64,000 nucleotides of DNA from Eledone cirrhosa (taxonomy: Eukaryota), in NCBI GenBank assembly GCA_964016885.1, contig OZ024741.1, positions 27,032,001 through 27,096,000 on the forward strand, written 5' to 3'. The stretch's first letter is position 1; every line of letters starts with the position of its first letter. The notes beneath the pieces are model-generated. The model made no database searches, was not told where the DNA came from, and was given only the letters and a program-made list of their open reading frames with translations. A program made the translations under genes and the position numbers. Below are positions 34,972 to 46,700 of this stretch, in pieces.

Positions 34972-37930
34972 GTTGTAGTGTTACAGTGGTGGTTGTAGTG
35001 TTACAGTGGTGGATGTAGTGTTACAGTAGTGGTTGTAGTATTACAGTGGTGGTTGTAGTGTTACAGTGGTGGTTGTAGTGTTGCAGTGGTGGATGTAGTG
35101 TTACAGTAGTGGTTGTAGTATTACAGTGGTGGTTGTAGTGTTGCAGTGGTGGTTACAGTAGTAGTTGTAGTGTTACAGTAGTGGATATAGTGTTACAGTG
35201 GTGGTTGTAGTGTTACAGTAGTTGATGTAGTGTTACAGTAGTGGTTGTAGTGTTACAGTGGTGGTTGTAGTGTTACAGTAGTGGATGTAGTGTTACAGTA
35301 TAGGCTGTAGTGTTACAGTAGTGTTAGAGTAGTGGCTGTAGTGTTACAGTGGTGGCTGTAGTGTTACAGTGGTGTTACAGTAGTGTTAGAGTAGTGGCTG
35401 TAGTGTTACAGTGGTGGCTGTAGTGTTACAGTGGTGTTACAGTAGAGGTTGTAGTGTTACAGTGGTGGTTGTGGGGTTACAGTGGTGCTTGTAGTGTTAC
35501 AGTGGTGGTTGTAGTGTTACAGTGGTGGTTGAGGTGTTACAGAGGTGGTTGTAGTGTTACAGTGGAGGTTGTAGTATTACAGTGGTGGTTGTAGTGTTAC
35601 AGTCGAGGTTGTAGTATTATAGTGGTGATTGTAGTGTTACAGTAGTGGCTGTACTGTTACAGTAGTGGTTGTGATGTTGCAGTAGATGTTGTAGTGTTAC
35701 AGTAGAGGTTGTAGTGTTACAGTAGAGGCTGTAGTGTTACAGTAGAGGTTGTAGTGTTACAGTGGTGGCTGTAGTGTTACAGTGGTGGTTATAGTGTTAC
35801 AGTAGTGGCTATAGTGTTACAGTAGTGGCTGTAGTGTTACAGTGGTGGTTGTAGTGTTACAGTAGTGATTGTAGTGTTACAGTAGTGGCTGTAGTGTTAC
35901 ATTGGTGGTTGTAGTGTTACAGTAGAGGTTGTGGTGTTACAGTGGTGGTTGTAGTGTTACAGTAGAGCTTGTGGTGTTACAGTTGTGGTTGTGGTGTTAC
36001 AGTAGAGGTTGTGGTGTTACAGTGGTGGTTGTGGTGTTATAGTGGTGGTTGTAGTCTTACAGTAGTGGCTGTAGTGTTACAGTGGTGATTGTAGTGGTTG
36101 TGGTGTTACAGTGGTGGTTGTAGTGTTACAGTAGTGGTTGTAGTGTTACAGTGGAGGTTGTAGATTTACAGTGGTGGTTGTGGTGTTACAGTAGAGGTTG
36201 TAGTGTTACAATAGAGGTTGTGGTGTTACAGTAGTGGTTGTAGTATTACAGTGGTGGTTGTAGTGTTACAGTAGAGGTTGTGGTGTTACAGTGGTGGTTG
36301 TAGTGTTACAGTAGAGGGTATAGTGTTACAGTAGAGGCTCTAGTGTTACAGTGGTGGTTGTATGTTACAGTGGTGGTTGTGGTGTTACAGTAGTGGTTGT
36401 AGTGTTACAGTGGTGTTACAGTAGTGGCTGTAGTATTACAGTAGTGGTTGTAGTGTTACAGTAGTGGCTATAGTGTTACAGTAGTGGTTGTAGTGTCACA
36501 GTTGTGGTTGTAGTGTTCCAGCAGTGGCTGTAGTGTTACAGTAGTGGCTGTAGTGTTACAGTGGTTGTTGAAGTGTTACAGTGGTGGCTATAGTGTTACA
36601 GTAGTGGTTGTAGTGTTACATTGGTGGTTGTAGTGTTACAGTAGTGGTTGTATTGTTACAGTGGTGGCTGTAGTGTTTCAGTGGTGGATATAGTGTTACA
36701 GTAGTGGCTGTAGTGTTACAGTAGTGGTTGTAGTGTCACAGTTGTGGTTGTAGTGTTCCAGTATTGGTTGTAGTGTTACAGTGGTGATTGAAGTGTTACA
36801 GTGGTGGCTACAGTGTTACAGTAGTGGCTGTAGTGTTACAGTAGTGGTTGTAGTGTCACAGTTGTGGTTGTAGTATTCCAGCAGTGGCTGTAGTGTTACA
36901 GTAGTGGCTGTAGTGTTACAGTGGTTGTTGAAGTGTTACAGTGGTGGCTATAGTGTTACAGTAGTGGTTGTATTGTTACAGTGGTGGCTGTAGTGTTTCA
37001 GTGGTGGATATAGTGTTACAGTAGTGGCTGTAGTGTTACAGTAGTGGTTGTAGTGTCACAGTTGTGGTTATAGTGTTCCAGCAGTGGCTGTAGTGTTACA
37101 GTGGTGGTTGAAGTGTTACAGTGGTGGCTATAGTGTTACAGTAGTGGTTGTAGTGTTACATTGGTGGTTGTAGTGTTACAGTATTGGTTGTAGTGTTACA
37201 GTAGTGGTTGTAGTGTTACAGCAGTGGCTGTAGTGTTACAGTAGAGGTTGTGGTGTTTCAGAAGAGGTTGTGGTGTTACAGTAGTGGTTGTAGTGTTACA
37301 GCAGTGGCTGTAGTGTTACAGTGGTGGTTGAAGTGTTACAGTAGAGGTTGTAGTGTTACAGCAGTGACTGTAGTGTTACAGTGGTGGTTGTAGTGTTACA
37401 GTAGAGCTTGTGGTGTTACAGAAGAGGTTGTGGTGTTACAGTAGTGGTTGTAGTGTTACAGTAGTGGTTGTAGTGTTACAGTAGTGGCTGTAGTGTTACA
37501 GTGGTGGTTGAAGTGTTACAGTATTGGTTGTAGTGTTACAGCAGTGGCTGTAGTGTTACAGTAGAGGTTGTAGTGTTACAGTAGTGGTTGTAGTATTACA
37601 GTAGAGGTTGTAGTGTTACAGTAGAGGTTGTAGTGTTACAGTAGAGGTTGTAGTATTACAGTAGAGGTTGTAGTGTTACAGTAGAGGTTGTAGTGTTACA
37701 GTAGTGGTTGTAGTATTACAGTAGAGGTTGTAGTGTTACAGTAGAGGTTGTGGTGTTACAGTGGTGGTTGTAGTGTTACAGTATTGGTTGTAGTGTTACA
37801 GTAAAGGTTGTAGTGTTACAGTAGAGGTTGTAGTATTACAGTAGAGGTTGTGGTGTTACAGTAGAGGTTGTAGTGTTACAGTAGTGGTTGTAGTATTACA
37901 GTAGAGGTTGTAGTGTTACAGTGGTGGTGT
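34972..37930. repeat. 20-bp minisatellite (GTTGTAGTGTTACAGTRGWG), about 148 units
   Basis: Period of 20 directly visible, with many point variants. Confidence 0.96.
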
Positions 37931-38174
37931 TAGACATTAAATCTATTAAACACCACAACATAGACAATAAGAAGACAGCCATTTCAACCATCTTAAACCG
38001 GACATATAATGATGATGATGATGACTTTATATCCAGCTCTCTCATTGGTTAAACCATTACACATATCAATTACATCATTATATAGCTGTCATGTGATTTA
38101 ATGTCACAAATGACCACTAGGATTTACTATATATGTTTAACTTATGACTTTCTCTGTCAAATGAACAGATAACC

Positions 38175-39107
38175 ATCACATCGCCATTACCACCACCACC
38201 ATCATCATCATCAGCACCACCATTATCATCACCCCACCATCATCAGCAGCAGCACCATCATCATCACTCCACCATCACCACCACCTCACCATCAACTCGC
38301 CACCATCACTTTCACCTTGCCATGATCACCTCACCACCACCACCATCATCATCACCCTTACCACCACCATCACCTCACCATCAACACCACCCCACCACCA
38401 TCAACACCACCCCACCACCACCATCACCTCACCATCACTTCCACTACCACCCCACCATCACTGCTACCAGCACCCTCATCATCCCCCATCACATCACCTT
38501 ACTATCACAACCACTATCACCACCACCACCATCAGCATCACCACCACCATGACCATCACATTACCATCACAACCACCATCAACACCACCACCTCACCATT
38601 ACCACCACCATCACCACCACCTCACCACCACAATCACTTCACCAGTAACACCTTGCCATTCCTTCATTATCACCACCACCACCACTTCACCAACACCACC
38701 ACCTCACCAGCACCTCACCACCACCACCACACCACCATTACCACCTCACCAGCACTCACCACCACCACATCACCACCTCACCACCACCTCACCATCACCA
38801 CCTCACCATCACCACCTCACCAGCACCTCACCACCACCACCACACCACCATCACCACCTCACCAGCACCTCACCACCACCACCATCACCACCTCACCAGC
38901 ACCTCACCACCACCACCACCACCACCACATCACCACCTCACCATCACCACCTCACCACCACCTCACCATCACCACCTCACCATCACCACCTCACCAGCAC
39001 CTCACCACCACCACCACACCACCATCACCACCTCACCAGCACCTCACCACCACCACCACATCACCACCTCACCATCACCACCTCACCACCACCTCACCAC
39101 CACCACC
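38175..39107. repeat. (CAC/CAT)n low-complexity tract with higher-order CACCACCTCACCAGCACCT units
   Basis: Directly visible; gives spurious poly-T/P/H ORFs. Confidence 0.9.
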
Positions 39108-39208
39108 AATATAGATCTACAATAATCTATATATATAGTTCCTTAAAGAGATCCCCTATTCTCTATACAGGTCATTAGTCAGATTCTCTCATCAATCATC
39201 AATCACAC

Positions 39209-39298
39209 CTTATATGGTATTGTTGACTCATGCAGAACTATAACCTGTTGAGAGAATACTTCATCACCTTTTGCCAGATACATGCCAATATGACTCAA
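39209..39298 (-). CDS. Candidate internal exon (LSHIGMYLAKGDEVFSQQVIVLHESTIPYK)
   Basis: CTCTATAG acceptor, 90-bp open frame (phase 0-0), AAG|GTGTGA donor; unique island between repeats. Confidence 0.35.
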
Positions 39299-39426
39299 CT
39301 ATAGAGATGTCATTTCAATTCATATCCATTCTTTTTTTAAATACTGCATCAATTGAAACACACTAATTTAGATATTTTTAATGAATAGACAATTGTTATC
39401 AATTTATATGTAAAGGCAGCAGGTGT

Positions 39427-39638
39427 TTAACCCTTTAGCATTTGAACTAGCCATATCCGGTCAGAATTCTCTCACCTCTTTCTGTTCAAATCGGTTGTAA
39501 GTGGCCACTCATACTGATGTTAAGGTATTGTTCTCAAAATACATATCAAAATCTCATAGATTCAGTATTATGTGTGGTAAAGCCTTACCGTGATAATATA
39601 ATAGGAAATATAGAGTAATGTAAATGCTAAAGGATTAA
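39427..39638. mobile_element. TTAA-flanked MITE type 1
   Basis: TTAACCCTTTAGCATTT ... AAATGCTAAAGGATTAA TIRs. Confidence 0.75.
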
Positions 39639-40406
39639 CCCTTTCATGACCACATTTTTAATGAAATACACTCTATTTCAATTAATTAATGGAGAATTTT
39701 GAGGGATTTACTAAAATTATTTATTATTTCATTACCAAGATAGTAAGTTAACCCTTTAACATTTAAACCAGCCGAATCTGGTCAGAATTCTCTTCTCTCT
39801 TTCTGTTCAAATTGGCCATAACTGGCTGCTTATACTGATGTTAAGGTATTGTTCTCAAAATAAATAATATCAAAATGTAGATTCGATATTATGTGTGATA
39901 ATTATGTGAAATAAAGTGTTTACCGTGAAAATACAATAGTATCATCATCATAATCATATTATGTCCACTTTTGCCTGCTTGCAAGGGTGGGACGGGTCTG
40001 ATTCTGGCTTGATTTCTACAGATGGATGCCATTCCTAACACCAACCTCATTTGCTGGGTGCTTTTTTGCCGTGGCACCTCCACAACCACTTTGAAGTGGA
40101 ATGATAGGGACCCCAGTCCTATCATCTCATTTCTGGAGCAATGTGAAATAAAGTGTCTTGCTCAAGGAAACGACACATCACCTGAGAATTGAACTCACAA
40201 CCTTTTGATTGCAAGCCCAATGCTCTAACCACTAAGCCATGCACCTTCACTATATATAGAGTAATGTGAATGCTAAAGGATTAATATAGGGTTCTTGTAT
40301 AAAATTATGTTGAGAGATTTTAATTTAAATTGGAAACCTTTAAAATGGGTGATTATATTTCATAGAATGAATGTCGGTTTTGGCCGGGCTGGTAACAAAA
40401 GGGTTA
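39635..40406. mobile_element. TTAA-flanked MITE type 2 containing a nested type 1 MITE (39748-40284)
   Basis: Outer ends TTAACCCTTTCATGACCA / TGGTAACAAAAGGGTTAA; inner ends TTAACCCTTTAACATTT / AATGCTAAAGGATTAA. Confidence 0.6.
39941..40250 (-). mobile_element. Full-length CORE-type tRNA SINE with an RTE-derived bipartite tail
   Basis: Reverse complement: A box TGGCTTAGTGG, B box GAGTTCAATTC, core TCCTTGAGCAAGACACTTTATTTCAC, then AAAAGCACCCAG..TTGGTGTTAGGAA and GACCCGTCCCACCCTTGCAAGCAGG..(GAT)n. Confidence 0.88.
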
Positions 40407-40809
40407 AAACCATTTTCCCAACTGAAGCAGGGGTTAGCTATGCAGGTCCCTTATTTGAAAGAATGTTTTACAGTGAGATGCCCTTCTTGGCACTGGCTCT
40501 TGTAGTTGCTTATTACGACATGCAGGCATGTTATTATACAGTCTACCTCAACTAAACTGGCTACACGCAGTCTGACTTAATCACATGTATGTACTTCCCC
40601 TATCTGCTTTGTGTTGTCTTCTTTTACACTACATGTTTAGCCCAGGCATGACATGTTTAGTGAGACACCACATGTTTCACATGAGACCACCAGACAATAC
40701 ATATTTAAGAAGACCAATAGATGCCACACACATGTTTAGCCAGGCACCACCAGCCACCACATGTTTAAGTCAGGTGCCACCAGATGCCACATGTTTAAGC
40801 CAGGTACTT

Positions 40810-41298
40810 ACTACCAGACACCACATGTTGGCCAAGACACTACCATACACTATATGTTTGGCCAAGATACCACCAGACACCGCATGTTGGTTAAGACACT
40901 ACCAGACACCACATGTTTGGTCAAGACACTACCAGACACCACATGTTTGGTCAAGACACTACCAGACACCACATGTTGGTTAAGACACTACCAGACACCA
41001 CATGTTTGGTCAAGACACTACCAGACACCACATGTTTGGTCAAGACACTACCAGACACCACATGTTGGTTAAGACACTACCAGACACCACATGTTTGGTC
41101 AAGACACTACCAGACACCACATATTGGTTAAGACACTACCAGACACCACATGTTTGGTCAAGACACTATCAGACACCACATGTTTGGTCAAGGCACTACC
41201 AGACACCACATGTTTGGTCAAGACACCACCAGACACCACGCTGGCTAAAACACTATCAGACACCACATGCTGGCCAAGATACCACCAGACACCACATA
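40810..41298. repeat. 29/30-bp minisatellite (ACCAGACACCACATGTTTGGTCAAGACACT), degenerate back to about 40625
   Basis: Period read directly; alternating 30-30-29 pattern in the centre. Confidence 0.93.
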
Positions 41299-41392
41299 TT
41301 TCTTTATCTTTATTATCTGACCTTATTTCTTGTTACTAAATCTTGGATGACATATTTCAATATCAATGTCAAACATCAATCAATAATGGCAT

Positions 41393-42135
41393 CTGCAGCA
41401 GCAGCAATAGCAACAACAACAGCAGTAGCAGCAGCAGCAACAGCAGCACCAGCAATAGCAACAGCAGCAGCACCAGCAATAGCAACAACAGCAGCACTAG
41501 CAATAGCAGCACAGCAGCAGCAGCAGCACAGCAGCAGCAACAGCAGCACTAGCAATAGCAACAGCAGCAGCACCAGCAATAGCAACAACAGCAGCACCAG
41601 CAATAGCAGCACCAGCATCAGCAGCAGCAGCTATATTTGTCTGGCTTCAACAGTCTGTTATGTTGCATGCAATAGTTTTTTTTCAGTGACTGACTTATTG
41701 TCAGTATTGCTGCTGTCGTTAGTGATGGTGGTGGGGGTGGTGTGATTGTTGTTGTTGTTGTTAGTGGTGGTGGGAGTGTGTGGGGGTGTGTGATTGTTGT
41801 TGTTAGTGATGATGGTGGGGGTGGTGTGATTGTTGTTGTTGTTGTTAGTGGTGGTGGGAGTGTGTATGGGGGTGTGTGATTGTTGTTGTTAGTGTTGTTG
41901 GTGGTGGTGTCATTGTTGTTGTTGGTGGTGGTGGTGGTGGTGGCAGTTGTGGTGTCGTTGTTGGTAGTGGTAGTGGTTGTGGTGGTGGTGGTAGTTGTGG
42001 TGTCATTGCTGTTGGTGTTGGTTTTGGTGGCTGTTGGTGTGTCGTTGTTGTTGTTGCTGCTGTCATCATATTTATTGATGTTGGCGACATTGTTGTTACT
42101 GCTGCTCTTACTGTTATTACTATTATTATTATTAT
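41393..42135. repeat. (CAG/CAA)n then (GTT/GGT)n trinucleotide low-complexity tracts
   Basis: Directly visible. Confidence 0.9.
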
Positions 42136-42149
42136 TTCTATTGTACATC

Positions 42150-42496
42150 ATTACTGCTTTACCGAGCACAGCTCTGTGCACCTTGGGAATGTGCAGTGTA
42201 GTTTTTGCTGATGTTGTTTCTATTGTATTGATAGTACTTTCCATAATATGTGTGCAGTACCTAGTAGTGCTATCTTTTGTATGCTGTATATATTTCTAAG
42301 TCCTGGGGTTTCGGCTATGTATTTGTCTGTGTTTTTATCATTCCTAGAGCACCTATTATTATAGGTATTGTTTTTGTTTTTATTTTCCACGTTCAATTTA
42401 TTCCTATCTCTAGATCTTTATATTTGGAGAGTTTCTCTATTTCCTTGGAAGGTATATTGTCATCTGTGGGGATAGATACATCTATTAGAAGGCATC
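42150..42496 (-). mobile_element. 3' fragment of an R4/Dong-type non-LTR retrotransposon (RLE domain)
   Basis: Minus-strand translation CLLIDVSIPTDDNIPSKEIEKLSKYKDLEI...W..KTKTIPIIIGALGMIK...IQKIALLGTAHIL.KVLS*; followed by (TAA)n-like sequence. Confidence 0.85.
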
Positions 42497-42502
42497 ATCA
42501 TT

Positions 42503-42691
42503 GTGAATTGGCAGTATCGGTAGAGGGTCGGACGCTATGCTTTGACGCATAGAGTTACGGCACTTTCTGAGTTCAAATCCCGCCGAGGTTAACTTTGCCT
42601 TTCATCCTTACGGGTTCGATAAAATAAAGTACCAGTAATACACTGGATAATTGCTGGCCTTGTGCCAAAAGTAGAAACTATTATTATTATT
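42503..42691 (+). mobile_element. Full-length S1 SINE
   Basis: A and B boxes, body and (ATT)n tail as in the other copies. Confidence 0.9.
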
Positions 42692-42698
42692 AATAACA

Positions 42699-43640
42699 TG
42701 GTGGTGTAGGTGGTAGTAGTAGTGGTGGTGGTGGTGGTGGTGGTGGTGTAGGTAGTAGTAGTGGTGGTGGTGGTAGTGGTCGTAGTGGTGTAGGTGTTAG
42801 TAGTAGTGGTGGTGGTGGTGGTGTAGGTGGTAGTAGTAGTGGTGTAGGTGGTAGTAGTAGTGGTGGTGGTGGTGTAGGTGGTAGTGGTAGTGGTGGTGGT
42901 GGTGTAGGTGGTAGTAGTAGTGGTGGTGGTGTAGGTAGTAGTAGTGGTGGTGGTGGAGGTGTAGGTGGTAGTAGTAGTGGTGTAGGTGGTAGTAGTAGTG
43001 GTGGTGGTGGTGTAGGTGGTAGTACTAGTGGTGGTGGTGTAGGTAGTAGTAGTGGTGGTGGTGGTGGTGTAGGTGGTAGTAGTAGTGGTGTAGGTGGTAG
43101 TAGTAGTGGTGGTGTAGGTGGTAGTAGTAGTGGTGGTGGTGGTGTAGGTGGTAGTAGTAGTGGTGGTGGTGGTGTAGGTGGTAGTAGTAGTGGTGGTGGT
43201 GGTGTAGGTGGTAGTAGTAGTGGTGGTAGTGTAGGTGGTAGTAGTAGTGGTGGTGGTGTAGGTAGTAGTAGTGGTGGTGGTGGTGTAGGTGGTAGTAGTA
43301 GTGGTGGTGGTGTAGGTGGTAGTAGTAGTGGTGGTGGTGTAGGTAGTAGTAGTGGTGGTGGTGGTGTAGGTGGTAGTAGTAGTGGTGGTGGTGGTGTAGT
43401 AATGGATATTAAACTGATGACATTGCAGCTGTTTTCTTATGATCATTCTATTCAGTTTTATTATTGTGGATGGTGATGGTGATGATGATGGTGATGGTGA
43501 TGGTGATGGTGATGATGATGATGATGATGATGATGAGGGTGATGGGGATAGTGATAATAGTGATGATGCTGGTGATGGTGATGGGGATAGTGATAATAGT
43601 GATGATGCTGGTGATGGTGACGACTGATGATAGTGATGAT
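42699..43640. repeat. (GTG/GTA)n array punctuated by GTGTAG every 21-30 bp, then (GAT/GGT)n
   Basis: Directly visible; source of the T-rich 372-aa artefact ORF. Confidence 0.92.
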
Positions 43641-43717
43641 GAATTATTGATGAATTATTGTCTTTACTTTTCGTCATATGATCTGCTCCAGTAATTGCAT
43701 ATTTCATCTCTTATGAT

Positions 43718-46700
43718 TGTCCAGCCATCCAACCATTCATCCAGACTACACCCCCACCCCTGGCCACTTAGACCATCTAGACCAACCATCCAACCACCTG
43801 TCCAGCCATCCAACCATTCATCCAGACTACACCCCCACCCCTCGCCACTCAGACCACCTAGACCAACCATCCAGCCACCTGTCCAGCCATCCAACCATTC
43901 ATCCAGACTACACCCCCACCCCTGGCCACTCAGACCACCTAGACCAACCATCCAACCACCTGTCCAGCCATCCAACCATTCATCCAGACTACACCCCCAC
44001 CCCTGGCCACTCAGACCACCTAGACCAACCATCCAACCACCTGTCCAGCCATCCAACCATTCATCCAGACTACACCCCCACCCCTCGCCACTCAGACCAC
44101 CTAGACCAACCATCCAACCACCTGTCCAGCCATCCAACCATTCATCCAGACTACACCCCCACCCCTGGCCACTCAGACCACCTAGACCAACCATCCAACC
44201 ACCTGTCCAGCCATCCAACCATTCATCCAGACTACACCCCCACCCCTGGCCACTCAGACCACCTAGACCAACCATCCAACCACCTGTCCAGCCATCCAAC
44301 CATTCATCCAGACTACACCCCCCACCCCTGGCCACTCAGACCGCCTAGACCAACCATCCAACCACCTGTGCAGCCATCCAACCATTCATCCAGACTACAC
44401 CCCCCACCCCTGGCCACTTAGACCATCTAGACCAACCATCCAACTACCTGTCCAGCCATCCAACCATTCATCCAGACTACACCTCCCACCCCTGGCCACT
44501 TAGACCACCTAGACCAACCATCCAACCACCTGTCCAGCCATCCAACCATTCATCCAGACTACACCCCCACCCCTGGCCACTCAGACCACCTAGACCAACC
44601 ATCCAACCACCTGTCCAGCCATCCAACCATTCATCCAGACTACACCCCCACCCCTGGCCACTCAGACCAGCTAGACCAACCATCCAACCACCTGTCCATC
44701 CATCCAACCATTCATCCAGACTACACCCCCACCCCTGGCCACTCAGACCACCTAGACCAACCATCCAACCACCTGTCCATCCATCCAACCATTCATCCAG
44801 ACTACACCCCCACCCCTGGCCACTCAGACCACCTAGACCAACCATCCAACCACCTGTCCAGCCATCCAACCATTCATCCAGACTACACCCCCACCCCTGG
44901 CCACTCAGACCAGCTAGACCAACCATCCAACCACCTGTCCATCCATCCAACCATTCATCCAGACTACACCCCCACCCCTGGCCACTCAGACCACCTAGAC
45001 CAACCATCCAACCACCTGTCCATCCATCCAACAATTCATCCAGACTACACCCCCACCCCTGGCCACTCAGACCACCTAGACCAACCATCCAACCACCTGT
45101 CCAGCCATCCAACCATTCATCCAGACTACACCCCCACCCCTGGCCACTCAGACCAGCTAGACCAACCATCCAACCACCTGTCCATCCATCCAACCATTCA
45201 TCCAGACTACACCCCCACCCCTGGCCACTCAGACCACCTAGACCAACCATCCAACCACCTGTCCATCCATCCAACCATTCATCCAGACTACACCCCCACC
45301 CCTGGCCACTCAGACCACCTAGACCAACCATCCAACCACCTGTCCATCCATCCAACCATTCATCCAGACTACACCCCCACCCCTGGCCACTCAGACCACC
45401 TAGACCAACCATCCAACCACCTGTCCATCCATCCAACCATTCATCCAGACTACACCCCCACCCCTGGCCACTCAGACCACCTAGACCAACCATCCAACCA
45501 CCTGTCCATCCATCCAACCATTCATCCAGACTACACCCCCACCCCTGGCCACTCAGACCACCTAGACCAACCATCCAACCACCTGTCCATCCATCCAACC
45601 ATTCATCCAGACTACACCCCCTACCCCTGGCCACTCAGACCACCTAGACCAACCATCCAACCACCTGTCCATCCATCCAACCATTCATCCAGACTACACC
45701 CCCACCCCTGGCCACTCAGACCACCTAGACCAACCATCCAACCACCTGTCCATCCATCCAACCATTCATCCAGACTACACCCCCACCCCTGGCCACTCAG
45801 ACCACCTAGACCAACCATCCAACCACCTGTCCATCCATCCAACCATTCATCCAGACTACACCCCCTACCCCTGGCCACTCAGACCACCTAGACCAACCAT
45901 CCAACCACCTGTCCATCCATCCAACCATTCATCCAGACTACACCCCCACCCCTGGCCACTCAGACCACCTAGACCAACCATCCAACCACCTGTCCATCCA
46001 TCCAACCATTCATCCAGACTACACCCCCACCCCTGGCCACTCAGACCACCTAGACCAACCATCCAACCACCTGTCCAGCCATCCAACCATCCAACCACCT
46101 GTCCAGCCATCCAACCATTCATCCAGACTACACCTCCCACCCCTGGCCACTTAGACCACCTAGACCAACCATCCAACCACCTGTCCAGCCATCCAACCAT
46201 CCAACCACCTGTCCAGCCATCCAACCATTCATCCAGACTACACCCCCACCCCTGGCCACTCAGACCACCTAGACCAACCATCCAACCACCTGTCCATCCA
46301 TCCAACCATTCATCCAGACTACACCCCCACCCCTGGCCACTCAGACCACCTAGACCAACCATCCAACCACCTGTCCATCCATCCAACCATTCATCCAGAC
46401 TACACCCCCACCCCTGGCCACTCAGACCACCTAGACCAACCATCCAACCACCTGTCCATCCATCCAACCATTCATCCAGACTACACCCCCACCCCTGGCC
46501 ACTCAGACCACCTAGACCAACCATCCAACCACCTGTCCATCCATCCAACCATTCATCCAGACTACACCCCCACCCCTGGCCACTCAGACCACCTAGACCA
46601 ACCATCCAACCACCTGTCCATCCATCCAACCATTCATCCAGACTACACCCCCACCCCTGGCCACTCAGACCACCTAGACCAACTATCCAACCACCTGTCC

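Noticed and set aside
38549-39178. Pro/His/Thr-rich extensin-like ORFs
   Set aside because: Open in several frames because of (CAC)n composition; no start or splice context.
39172-39216. Plus-strand exon alternative (VISQILSSIINHTLY) and similar plus-strand islands at 23221-23263 and 23830-23899
   Set aside because: Plausible splice dinucleotides, but very short and no coherent plus-strand chain or homology could be assembled.
42589-43707. 372-aa Thr/Tyr mucin-like ORF
   Set aside because: Composed of trinucleotide repeats and runs into a SINE; low-complexity artefact. Only its first 13 codons were kept, as a weak exon candidate.
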